From contig CALWTE010000002.1 of the NCBI GenBank assembly GCA_944384375.1, forward strand, positions 538 to 64,537: 64,000 nucleotides of DNA, in the 5' to 3' direction. A model generated the notes under the pieces. The model saw only the letters and a list, made by a program, of their open reading frames with translations. It did not search any database and was not told the DNA's origin. Shown here one piece after another: positions 18,543 through 26,883 of the stretch. This stretch comes from an uncultured Clostridia bacterium. GTDB taxonomy: Bacteria > Bacillota > Clostridia > Christensenellales > UBA1242. Each line of letters begins with the position of its first letter. The first letter of the stretch is position 1. Position numbers and translations under genes: made by a program.

Positions 18543-18619
18543 AATAACACAAGATTTGAAGGAAGTAAAGGTTAATCTTTAATGGAAAACGGGACTATCC
18601 CCTAGCTTTCTTATAACAA
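18543..18619 (+). repeat. Left copy of an imperfect ~75-nt direct repeat (partner 34652-34725)
   Basis: AATAACACAAGATTTGAAGGAAGTAAAGGTTAATCTTTAAT..GGGACTATCCCCTAGCTTTCTTATAACAA. Shared exact blocks are GGGACTATCCC and TTTCTTATAACAA. Confidence 0.75.
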
Positions 18620-18646
18620 AAAAAAACGAGCAGATATATCTGCCCG
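18618..18646 (-). terminator. Intrinsic terminator ending the phage-like gene run
   Basis: Minus strand reads CGGGCAGAT-ATAT-ATCTGCTCG followed by nine T. It starts 11 nt after the stop at 18657. Confidence 0.7.
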
Positions 18647-18656
18647 TAAAAAACTT

Positions 18657-19544
18657 TTAATTTTGATTTAAAATTTTGTTTTTTATTTCAAGAAATTTCT
18701 CATTTGTTAGCGTTTTGACTTTACTATTAGTTTGCTTTTCACTACTTGTTACGTTATTCACCGCTAGCACTTGTGATTTTCTAGTATTTGTTGTGTCAGT
18801 CGTAATTGTTGAATTTTCTAAATTAAGAGAACTTTGAGTGTTCATATCAAGAGAATTTTGCGTTTCAGTTAAAGTTATGTTTTGGTTCATATTTTGGCTA
18901 TTATTCTGATTATACAAATTTGTATTGTTTTGATTATAACCGTCATTAGAATTTTGATTATTATTTTTGCTATACAAATTTGTATTATCTTCTTCATTTT
19001 GCGTATTAACAAAATTTTGAATATTTGCCAGTTCAGTAGCATTGTATGTTGGGTTTTCTAAACTTGACATTTCACTATAATTTGTATTTGTATGATTTTC
19101 GTGAAAATTATTGTCCACAATTTTTGTAGATTCCACAGCTTTTGCAGTAGAACTGTTATCTAAAGTTTTTGCAGATTCTGTTTTTAAACTATTTGTTTCA
19201 TTTGCATCAGTTTCCGCTGATTCTCCTTCCAAATTTTCTGTATTGACAACCTTTGTATTTGTCTTAGCAGCATCAGTTTCGTTTCCTTTATCCGCGTTGG
19301 TAGTTTCAGTTTCGTTTTCTGTTTCGGTATTTTTATTCTTTGCAAATAAGTTCTGAGCAGGATGCGAAATTATTCCCAGCACCACAAACACGCCAAGCGC
19401 ACTATTTACTATTGACATATAAGTTTCTTCGTCAACGGTAAGACTGAGTGGGCCACCTATTGCTTGAACCAACAATAAAACCGCGCTAGCAAGTGATACC
19501 CAAAAGCGATACGATTTTAATTTCTCTTTTAAATCTTCGCTCAT
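18657..19544 (-). CDS. Holin-like two-TM protein fused to a ~220-aa N/T/E-rich low-complexity tail
   Basis: N-terminal KSYRFWVSLASAVLLLVQAIGGPLSLTVDEETYMSIVNSALGVFVVLGIISHP resembles SPP1/XhlB-type class II holins. It is the last gene of the virion-type run. Confidence 0.45.
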   Translation of the reverse strand: MSEDLKEKLKSYRFWVSLASAVLLLVQAIGGPLSLTVDEETYMSIVNSALGVFVVLGIISHPAQNLFAKNKNTETENETETTNADKGNETDAAKTNTKVVNTENLEGESAETDANETNSLKTESAKTLDNSSTAKAVESTKIVDNNFHENHTNTNYSEMSSLENPTYNATELANIQNFVNTQNEEDNTNLYSKNNNQNSNDGYNQNNTNLYNQNNSQNMNQNITLTETQNSLDMNTQSSLNLENSTITTDTTNTRKSQVLAVNNVTSSEKQTNSKVKTLTNEKFLEIKNKILNQN

Positions 19545-19551
19545 TTTATCC

Positions 19552-20484
19552 CTACATCATTCTATTTACATAATCTAATACCGAACTATACCAGCCACCC
19601 AGCGAAGCCTTTATATCAGCATCATTTAAAATACGTAACGCTTCCGCCTTTGTTAACCCTTTTAACTGGTCAATAATGTAGACGCTTTTTTCCTGGCCTT
19701 TTTGAGCATCAAGGCGACTAGTAAAACTGTCAGCCCATTCTTGCCATTCCTGAATACGTTTGTTTCTAATTTCGGAAATTTCTGCATTGTACTTGTTTAA
19801 GTCAATAGTAAGTTGCTCATACTGTTTATTTAATTCTGCAATTTTATCTTCCAATTCTGATGCGTATGCAATATCAAACTTTTCCAAAGCGGAATTCATT
19901 TCGTTACGAGTCAATTCTCTTTGCAAATCAATCTCCGCTAGAGAATTATTTGCTCTTTGAATTTCGTACTCTAATTCGGTGTTAATTGAGTTTCGTAAAG
20001 AAGTTTGCATATTTTGTGCAATACTACTTCTCTCTATGCCTTGATTAATTTGGTTTGCTTGATTGTTTTCTAAACCTGTAGTCAATTCGTTTTCTAACTC
20101 TTGTTTAGTTTGTTCCAAATTTTGATTAATTGTATTTTTTCTTAAATCTAAAGATGCTAAGTCGTTTTGATACTCATTCACGATTTCTTGCTGATTAGTC
20201 ACACGATATGGCAATAAATCGTTTTCGGCTTCTTGTACAATTTGTTCTTGAGTAGGAATAGACGCATCTTTATAATCAGGCAAAGAATCTTCAAAATCTT
20301 CGTATACTGGATACTGTGATTCGTAACTTTTATCAATTTCGTTTAGCCTGTCTTTTACTGTGTCTAGAGTAGAACTAGTATTTATTTTAGGTTGTTGAGC
20401 AGCTACACGTGTAGAGTCACTAGTCGTAGTCACTTCTTCCATATCAATTTTCTCTCTATTGCTTTCTAAATTTTCCGTAGGCAT
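19552..20484 (-). CDS. Coiled-coil structural protein (310 aa), ejection/internal-protein-like by position
   Basis: Long Q/N/E/L heptad-like sequence. The probable start is the second ATG (20482-20484), preceded by GGAGGAGG. The ORF-track start at 20499 lies inside that RBS. Confidence 0.55.
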   Translation of the reverse strand: MPTENLESNREKIDMEEVTTTSDSTRVAAQQPKINTSSTLDTVKDRLNEIDKSYESQYPVYEDFEDSLPDYKDASIPTQEQIVQEAENDLLPYRVTNQQEIVNEYQNDLASLDLRKNTINQNLEQTKQELENELTTGLENNQANQINQGIERSSIAQNMQTSLRNSINTELEYEIQRANNSLAEIDLQRELTRNEMNSALEKFDIAYASELEDKIAELNKQYEQLTIDLNKYNAEISEIRNKRIQEWQEWADSFTSRLDAQKGQEKSVYIIDQLKGLTKAEALRILNDADIKASLGGWYSSVLDYVNRMM

Positions 20485-20537
20485 AATTACCTCCTCCATA
20501 TTTTAAATAAAAATTTTTTAAATACATTTGTATAATA

Positions 20538-20555
20538 AAAGAACTTTTGTTCTTT
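20538..20555 (-). terminator. Internal hairpin (AAAGAAC-AAAA-GTTCTTT plus T-rich tail) splitting the island into two transcription units
   Basis: Located between the 162-aa gene stop and the 310-aa gene start. Confidence 0.4.
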
Positions 20556-20605
20556 GTGTATATTTTATTTTTAGTCATTTTGTTACCATTTTTACTATAT
20601 TTTTA

Positions 20606-20646
20606 AGTACTATGCATGTGTATTATGCATATGCATAGTACTATAC
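20606..20646. repeat. Palindromic motif cluster: AGTACTATGCAT ... TATGCATATGCATAGTACTATAC
   Basis: Same half-site family as 10141-10156 and 59393-59439. It overlaps the stop codon of the 162-aa gene. Confidence 0.7.
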
Positions 20647-21129
20647 AAATACGCCTTTCGTAAGGGAAAAATCTTTGCTTAATAACATTTTTACGTTGCG
20701 TATTTCTCCATATAAACTAGTGTTTGTAGCCGTTAAAAATAATCCGCTATACGTAATTTCAGGAATAGGAACTTCTGCATATATAATCCCAGTCAACAAG
20801 TTATCACTTGCCGTTACATTAATACCACCACATGAAACATCATTATAAGTTAATGAAAAAGATACATCAACATTAGTTTTGAAATTAAATATTAAATAAA
20901 TTTTTGCTGTAGTAGAAGTAGATAATTGAGTAAGTTGCCCTAAAGGAATATTTGTTTCGGGTGAAAAATTTAAATAGTTTTCATACTCAATTAAGTTAAA
21001 ATTGTCACCTAAATATTGAGAAACATTAATATTATTAATTATTGAAAAATGGTTAGATAACTCATCTAGACGGTCTTCAAGTTCTGCTACCCTATTATAT
21101 AATTTACTATAATCATTATTATTTATCAT
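20641..21129 (-). CDS. Needle/fibre-like protein: N-terminal coiled coil plus C-terminal beta domain (162 aa)
   Basis: YSKLYNRVAELEDRLDELSNHF followed by a beta-rich domain. AGGTG lies 5 nt upstream of the ATG at 21127-21129. The ORF-track N-terminal extension overlaps the upstream gene. Confidence 0.5.
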   Translation of the reverse strand: MINNNDYSKLYNRVAELEDRLDELSNHFSIINNINVSQYLGDNFNLIEYENYLNFSPETNIPLGQLTQLSTSTTAKIYLIFNFKTNVDVSFSLTYNDVSCGGINVTASDNLLTGIIYAEVPIPEITYSGLFLTATNTSLYGEIRNVKMLLSKDFSLTKGVFV

Positions 21130-21136
21130 ATAACAC

Positions 21137-22630
21137 CTAACACAAAGCGACTTCCAATTGCGAATTTGAAATTTCACAACTTGCAACTTCACATTTAAAA
21201 GTAACACTAAACTTTTTACCTATTATATTTATAGGAACTCTACTTGGTGTAGCACTACCCTTGATTTTAAATTCAAAATCTTTTCCGTCTACATTAAATA
21301 TAACAGTAATATCCGTTTCTGTATTTAGCGAAAAATATTTGATTACCTTTTTATACGCAGGGTATCCCATATCAGTAAGGGGGGAAGTCCAAATTTTAGT
21401 AGTGATATTATCTTCAATTTTACCGTCTTGAGTTAATTCATATAACTTATTCCCTGCACTGCCATTTAATAGTATTAACAACTTACTAAATAGTGGCGCT
21501 TGAACTGCGTGCAAATAATTTATATCTACTCCCCTTAAAATTTGTATTTCACCCGTACTAATATCAAATTCTAGCAAAGTATTATTTGTATAGGTTGAAC
21601 TTTCACAACCAATTGTCCTACCATCATTATAGTTCAGTTTACATGCCAAATAATATTTTCCATCTAAAAAGGCGCCCACTGCCGACGAATTGTCTACATT
21701 CTCAAAATACTTATCTAAACCCAAATTTAACTTTTCCATACTTACGCCGTCAAAATAATACAAACCGTCTTTGCAAAGCATCAAAATCGTATTTCCGCAC
21801 AAAACAGCACTGTTGTAATACAATTTACCCGTTGTTAAATACATATTTTTTACAACAAAATCACTTTGCAATCCCCAAGCAGAAACGCGAGAAATACCAT
21901 ATTCTCTTATAACATATAGATAATTGTTTGATTCTATTACCTTCTTTAAAGTTCCACGTTCACCTGTTAATTCAATATAGCCACCTTCAAATTCGCTTAC
22001 ATTCCAATTTGTCGGGTCTAAATCATCGCTAAACCACAAAACGTTTTCATCACCAGCAACTGTTGCAAAAAGCCTACCCGCGTGCAAAGCAATTGACGTA
22101 ATGGACGGAACGTTTTCCGTATATGTCGTAACACTAGAATCTCCGTTAAATTTTGAAATTTTATTTAAACCACACAAAAAGAAGCAATCTCCCTCATCAA
22201 TTCTATAATTTATTCCGTTTGGAATATCGGTGAAACTAGCATTAATTTGTGTAAATGTAGCAATGGAACTTTCCAATCTAGCGTAGTAAATATTCCCGTC
22301 ATCACAATATGCGACAAGTAAAGGCACATATGAGTTTGTGTTATGACTAAATCTCGTGTAGACCCAACATCGTATAATTTGATTAACTCCTGTTGGTGTT
22401 TGCAAAACTTTAGTTCCATAACCGTAAGGAATTTCAAATTCTTTTATACCTAAACCTGTGCTAAGACTTCGTTTGTTAAAATTAAAGTTAAAAGTATTTA
22501 CTGCGTAATTTAATGGAAGTAGGTTTTCACTTAATTTTGTGTTAATTCCTTGAGAAAAATCACTCAAAGTCACACGCAACGATGATTTTGTATTGTCAGG
22601 TAAATTTTGACTATAAATCACTATACCCAA
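21137..22630 (-). CDS. Tail hub-like structural protein (497 aa), beta-propeller-like repeats
   Basis: Size and position after the adaptor-like gene resemble P22 gp10. Repeated aromatic/Gly beta-blade-like segments (LWFSDDLDPTNW, GGYIEL, LYVIREYGISRV). Confidence 0.45.
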   Translation of the reverse strand: MGIVIYSQNLPDNTKSSLRVTLSDFSQGINTKLSENLLPLNYAVNTFNFNFNKRSLSTGLGIKEFEIPYGYGTKVLQTPTGVNQIIRCWVYTRFSHNTNSYVPLLVAYCDDGNIYYARLESSIATFTQINASFTDIPNGINYRIDEGDCFFLCGLNKISKFNGDSSVTTYTENVPSITSIALHAGRLFATVAGDENVLWFSDDLDPTNWNVSEFEGGYIELTGERGTLKKVIESNNYLYVIREYGISRVSAWGLQSDFVVKNMYLTTGKLYYNSAVLCGNTILMLCKDGLYYFDGVSMEKLNLGLDKYFENVDNSSAVGAFLDGKYYLACKLNYNDGRTIGCESSTYTNNTLLEFDISTGEIQILRGVDINYLHAVQAPLFSKLLILLNGSAGNKLYELTQDGKIEDNITTKIWTSPLTDMGYPAYKKVIKYFSLNTETDITVIFNVDGKDFEFKIKGSATPSRVPINIIGKKFSVTFKCEVASCEISNSQLEVALC

Positions 22631-23190
22631 CTCCTTTTCTTCATTACAATGTTATTTTTGTTGCGTGCGGATATCAATGCTGCCTGTTCAAACATTGAAT
22701 TCCATGAATTTGCGTCTGTATACATACCTAAAAACATATAATATCTACTGACAACGCCTAGAGCCATTAATCGTACTGAAACTTTATTCTCCACAATTTC
22801 CAAATCCGTGACGCAATCCTCCACAAAATCAGGCATATATGTGTAAATAATGTTTAAAGTACCCTTTTTTGCTTCAAAATACGTTGGAAAAGAAGCATAA
22901 TCAACGTTTAAGTTATGTTCATCAGTTATTTTTACTATATCTATAATAGATTTTTCCAAACCAGAAAAACTATAAACGCACGTTTCAGAAGTGATTTTTT
23001 GCTCATATTTTAAAGGAAAATACATTAATGCTAAACTTTGTACAGTGTCATTAACACAAGTCAATAATAAATTTAGTTTTTCTACCTGTTGGTCTGTAGG
23101 CGTTATACTACCACCTAAAGTAGTAGTATTAGCCAAATCTGGCTCACCTATATAAACAACAGCTAGGTTTAAAACGTCTTTTGCAGTCAT
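22621..23190 (-). CDS. Head-to-tail adaptor-like protein (189 aa)
   Basis: Position immediately after the capsid genes. AAGGAG lies 6 nt upstream of the ATG at 23188-23190. Its 3' end overlaps the next gene by 10 nt. Confidence 0.4.
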   Translation of the reverse strand: MTAKDVLNLAVVYIGEPDLANTTTLGGSITPTDQQVEKLNLLLTCVNDTVQSLALMYFPLKYEQKITSETCVYSFSGLEKSIIDIVKITDEHNLNVDYASFPTYFEAKKGTLNIIYTYMPDFVEDCVTDLEIVENKVSVRLMALGVVSRYYMFLGMYTDANSWNSMFEQAALISARNKNNIVMKKRSWV

Positions 23191-23238
23191 TTTTACTCCT
23201 TTTAAGCCCATTTTGTTTGATAAGCATCTTTAAAATCG

Positions 23239-23583
23239 CTATCTTCTTCTCTTTTTTTTTGTATAATCAAACATTTCACGAACTTTCCAATTAGTTTCAT
23301 CTGTAATGGCTTTTTTAGAATTATTTTCTAACATTTCATTTTGTTTTTCTATTTCTGCTAAAATTTTACGTAAGTTCTCAATACGTGTTTTCCGTAATTT
23401 ATCTATAACCCTAGAATCAAGGCCAAAATCACAAGTTATGCAAAAAGTATTGCTTTTTTGGTGTTTATTGTGTATTTCGTACCTGTTTTTGTCGGTATTA
23501 TACACTGCATAGTACCCAGAGTCTATTTCTTTAATCCTAGTAGAAATATCAAAAACATCATTTATAATTTTTATTAAAGCCAT
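23239..23583 (-). CDS. Small basic coiled-coil protein (114 aa), head completion/decoration candidate
   Basis: Intact ORF with RBS between the capsid paralog and the adaptor-like gene. No motif recognised. Confidence 0.4.
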   Translation of the reverse strand: MALIKIINDVFDISTRIKEIDSGYYAVYNTDKNRYEIHNKHQKSNTFCITCDFGLDSRVIDKLRKTRIENLRKILAEIEKQNEMLENNSKKAITDETNWKVREMFDYTKKKRRR

Positions 23584-23597
23584 TTTTTCTCCTTTTA

Positions 23598-24788
23598 TTA
23601 ACCGCCTGATAGTATTAGACGTCCATTTTTGTTTGGTCTATCGCAAATTAAATCACAATATTTTACTAAAGTTGCTGTATGAGCGGCATAACCTTCTTTT
23701 TGGTGAATTACTTGTCCTTTGTCGTTACTCAACCATGTCCAATCGCATAATTGATGGAAGTTAAAAGTGCTAGAATCTAGCAAGTATCCTTCGCGTTTTT
23801 CAACAAATCTATTTGCAACAACAGGAATTCCATTCACTGTAATAGCGCGTACTCCACCTTCCATAACTGTAATGTCTGAGTTAAAAGCATAGTTTTTAAG
23901 AGCGCGTTGGTAATTTCTACGCCAAATATAGTCACATACAATAATGTCAATATTTGCGTTATAATTTAATTTTATATTATCAATTGCTTGCAAAACTGTA
24001 GCAAAAGTAGTTTCTGTTGATAAAAGTGTTTCCGTTGTCGCTGTTAAGAATGAATTGTTTGTCCTACTTAATCCATACAGTGTAGCCACTTTTGTTGGGT
24101 GCAAAATTCCGTGAACACCTACTATTTCACTACTTGCCTGTGTAGCCAGTTTAAACTTGATTTCACCTGTAACTGTATTTTCTTCGTCATATTCACAACC
24201 AACAGGCAAAGTTATTGTTTCGTTTTTATAGTCAACATCTAGAACTTCTACATTTGTTAGATATTCAATAGCTTCACCAAACATATCATAACCAGTGATA
24301 TGCATACCTGGCATAAATCTATTTACAGGGTCAACAGGATAAACTCTCTCACCGTCTACTTCATCGGTGGAAGCACCAATTAGTCCATCACCGTCTCCGT
24401 ATAGAATACGCCTTAAGTTAAACTTACTTGATTCTATCAAATTTTCCATTTCTGCATTCAAAAGATTTAAAAATGCGCCGGTTTCGTTTTGGCTAGCCCT
24501 AATTGCCTTGTCTGAAATTTCAATTTGACCATATAAATTTTTTAAAGTTGTAGTCAAAGCAGCATAATTGCTTTCTTGAGATTTTGGTAAGCTACCGACT
24601 TCAGAACCTGCTCCGATTCCACCATTGATGCCGATAGTTATAAGTTTCTTAATTTCATTACCCGTAATATCTTGAGATGTCTTTTTTATTTTTGAGTAAA
24701 AAGGGTCAGTGTCGTTTTCTAATTCGTTTTTAATAACATCAAGATAAACATTTTTTAAGGCACTATCTGCCGTACTTAAAGATATCAT
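23598..24788 (-). CDS. Major capsid protein-like, paralog 2 (396 aa)
   Basis: Follows the scaffold-like gene. About 55-60% identical to 24802-25998 over the first ~135 aa by manual alignment. Shared blocks are NGGIGxGSE, TTTLKNLxGxIEIxDKAIRAS and ATLVKYxDLICxRPN. Confidence 0.6.
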   Translation of the reverse strand: MISLSTADSALKNVYLDVIKNELENDTDPFYSKIKKTSQDITGNEIKKLITIGINGGIGAGSEVGSLPKSQESNYAALTTTLKNLYGQIEISDKAIRASQNETGAFLNLLNAEMENLIESSKFNLRRILYGDGDGLIGASTDEVDGERVYPVDPVNRFMPGMHITGYDMFGEAIEYLTNVEVLDVDYKNETITLPVGCEYDEENTVTGEIKFKLATQASSEIVGVHGILHPTKVATLYGLSRTNNSFLTATTETLLSTETTFATVLQAIDNIKLNYNANIDIIVCDYIWRRNYQRALKNYAFNSDITVMEGGVRAITVNGIPVVANRFVEKREGYLLDSSTFNFHQLCDWTWLSNDKGQVIHQKEGYAAHTATLVKYCDLICDRPNKNGRLILSGG

Positions 24789-24801
24789 ATTTTTACCCCC
24801 T

Positions 24802-25998
24802 TTATGAACTCAAACTTACTGTAATCAAACCTTGAGCATTTGGTCTGTTACAAATTAAGTCCGCATATTTTACTAAAGTTGCCGAAAAAGTTGGAAAACC
24901 TTCCTTTTGGCGTAGAATTGAGCCGTCATTATTAGTCAGCCATTCCCAGTCACACAATTGGTACAAATTGAACATTTCGGTGTTTAACATCAAAAGTGTA
25001 TTTTTTTGACAGAATTTATTCCTAATTACAGGTACCCCGCTAAAAGCAACACTTGTTATTCCACCCTCAAAATTAGTACTATCTAAATTTTTTGAATAAT
25101 TAGCAATAAAAGTTATAATTTTATAGTAAACTTCACTAGGACAAGCGATAATATTTGGTTGATACCCTGAACGTATTTCAATATCATCAAGCATAGTCTG
25201 GATAAAAACTTCGTCAAAAGTTTCAGTATCATTACCACTAGTTTTTTGGGTATATAGATATGGCATAAGTGATGCATAATCAGCACGATTTATTCCATAA
25301 AGTGTAGTACTGCTACCAAAAATAGCACCCAACCCTGTCAATTCACAATCTTTGCTACCTTGAATGTAAAATTTGTATTTTGTAGCATTAGTAGATGTAA
25401 AATTCGTTGATTTTGCTGAAACGTAAACTGTGTTACTAGCCCTGTTAATTTGAGTAATTGTTACCCCTTTCATCGCCGGGTCTAAAACGCCATCATTATA
25501 AAAATCTAGCACCATCCCTTCCATAAGGCTCGCAGTATTATCAACCACAAAAGAATTGTCCGTTGAGGAAATACTGGAGATTGTGCCTAGAGAACCAGTA
25601 CCATCACCATAAAACATACGCGCTAAATTAAATTTACTAGATTCTAGCAAACTATCCATTTCTGCAGTTAGTAAATTTACAAAAGCACCTTCATCATTTT
25701 CTGATGCTCTAATTGCTTTGTCTGTAATTTCTATTGTCCCAAAAAGATTTTTCAATGTTGTAGTAAAATTTACATATTTTGTTTCTGCACTTTCAGGCAA
25801 TGCGCCATCTTCGCTACCAGTACCAATACCACCATTTAGACCATAAGGCACTAATTTTACAATATTCTTGCCATAAATATCGGAAGAAGTTTGTTTAATA
25901 GTGTTGAATATAGGGTCAATTTGAGTGTTTAATTGAGCAGATATAGCGTCTAAATATACAGTTTTTAGCGCATTTTGTGCCGTAGTTAAAGTAATCAT
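24802..25998 (-). CDS. Major capsid protein-like, paralog 1 (398 aa)
   Basis: Capsid-size ORF directly after the scaffold-like gene. Paralogous to 23598-24788. AGGAG RBS. Confidence 0.6.
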   Translation of the reverse strand: MITLTTAQNALKTVYLDAISAQLNTQIDPIFNTIKQTSSDIYGKNIVKLVPYGLNGGIGTGSEDGALPESAETKYVNFTTTLKNLFGTIEITDKAIRASENDEGAFVNLLTAEMDSLLESSKFNLARMFYGDGTGSLGTISSISSTDNSFVVDNTASLMEGMVLDFYNDGVLDPAMKGVTITQINRASNTVYVSAKSTNFTSTNATKYKFYIQGSKDCELTGLGAIFGSSTTLYGINRADYASLMPYLYTQKTSGNDTETFDEVFIQTMLDDIEIRSGYQPNIIACPSEVYYKIITFIANYSKNLDSTNFEGGITSVAFSGVPVIRNKFCQKNTLLMLNTEMFNLYQLCDWEWLTNNDGSILRQKEGFPTFSATLVKYADLICNRPNAQGLITVSLSS

Positions 25999-26011
25999 AA
26001 ATAATTTTCTC

Positions 26012-26827
26012 CTATTTCATTAATAATTTTTTTGCCAATTCTTTGGCTTCTTTCATAGAAAGTGCTTGTTTTTTATGTTCTGCGATAATTTCCGCACCTG
26101 AATTTAAAGTTTTAGAAATCACAGCGGGTGCAGATTTATTTGATTTTAATGAATTTAAGTATTCTTGAATAACTTTTTGCTTAATTTTTTCATTTTTCAT
26201 TACTATTTCTTCTAAATCTGCATTATTTATTGCGTTTTCATCAACTTTATTTTCTAGAACTTTTATCCAAGCCTGTTGCAAGGGGTCTACTGAATCACGT
26301 ACAACCTTATCTTGCACTAAAACCTTACCTATTTCCTTTACATAATTCTTCGCTTTTGAATTATTATTGAAAAAGTTTTCTACATTTTTATTCCAACTAG
26401 CACTTTCCCAAATTTTTGCGGGAGTATTGGATACTTTGTCCGCAGCACTGTCAGGGGTTTTTACCTTGTCTGACTGATTTTCTATGACTAAAGACTCGTC
26501 CGTTTTAGAAATCTCGCCTGTAAACTCATTTAAATTATCGGTTTTTTCTTTATTTACATCATTTTTTAATAAATTTTCGCTATTTCTTGCTTGTTTTCCG
26601 TCATTTTCGGTTAAAATTTCGTTATTTTGAGCCTTTTGCGTACTATTTGCTTGTTCTTTTTTGATTTTTGATAGTTCCATAGCATTTTTAGTAAAACTTT
26701 TACGTAAGCAGTCATAAGCATCTTTTAGGGTTTTTACTGATTTAAATGTTCCTAAGTCCGTATTGTCTGGTTGCAATTCTTCTAGATTGAATTCTGGTAA
26801 ATTGATTTTAATTTCATTTTCTTCCAT
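26012..26827 (-). CDS. Scaffolding-like protein (271 aa, acidic/Lys-rich, helical)
   Basis: Position between portal and capsid genes. Low-complexity charged helical sequence. No protease motif. Confidence 0.5.
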   Translation of the reverse strand: MEENEIKINLPEFNLEELQPDNTDLGTFKSVKTLKDAYDCLRKSFTKNAMELSKIKKEQANSTQKAQNNEILTENDGKQARNSENLLKNDVNKEKTDNLNEFTGEISKTDESLVIENQSDKVKTPDSAADKVSNTPAKIWESASWNKNVENFFNNNSKAKNYVKEIGKVLVQDKVVRDSVDPLQQAWIKVLENKVDENAINNADLEEIVMKNEKIKQKVIQEYLNSLKSNKSAPAVISKTLNSGAEIIAEHKKQALSMKEAKELAKKLLMK

Positions 26828-26883
26828 AAAATTCTCCTAAAAATATGATTTTTTATATGTTTTTTAGTGTTTTTTGCTGTATT

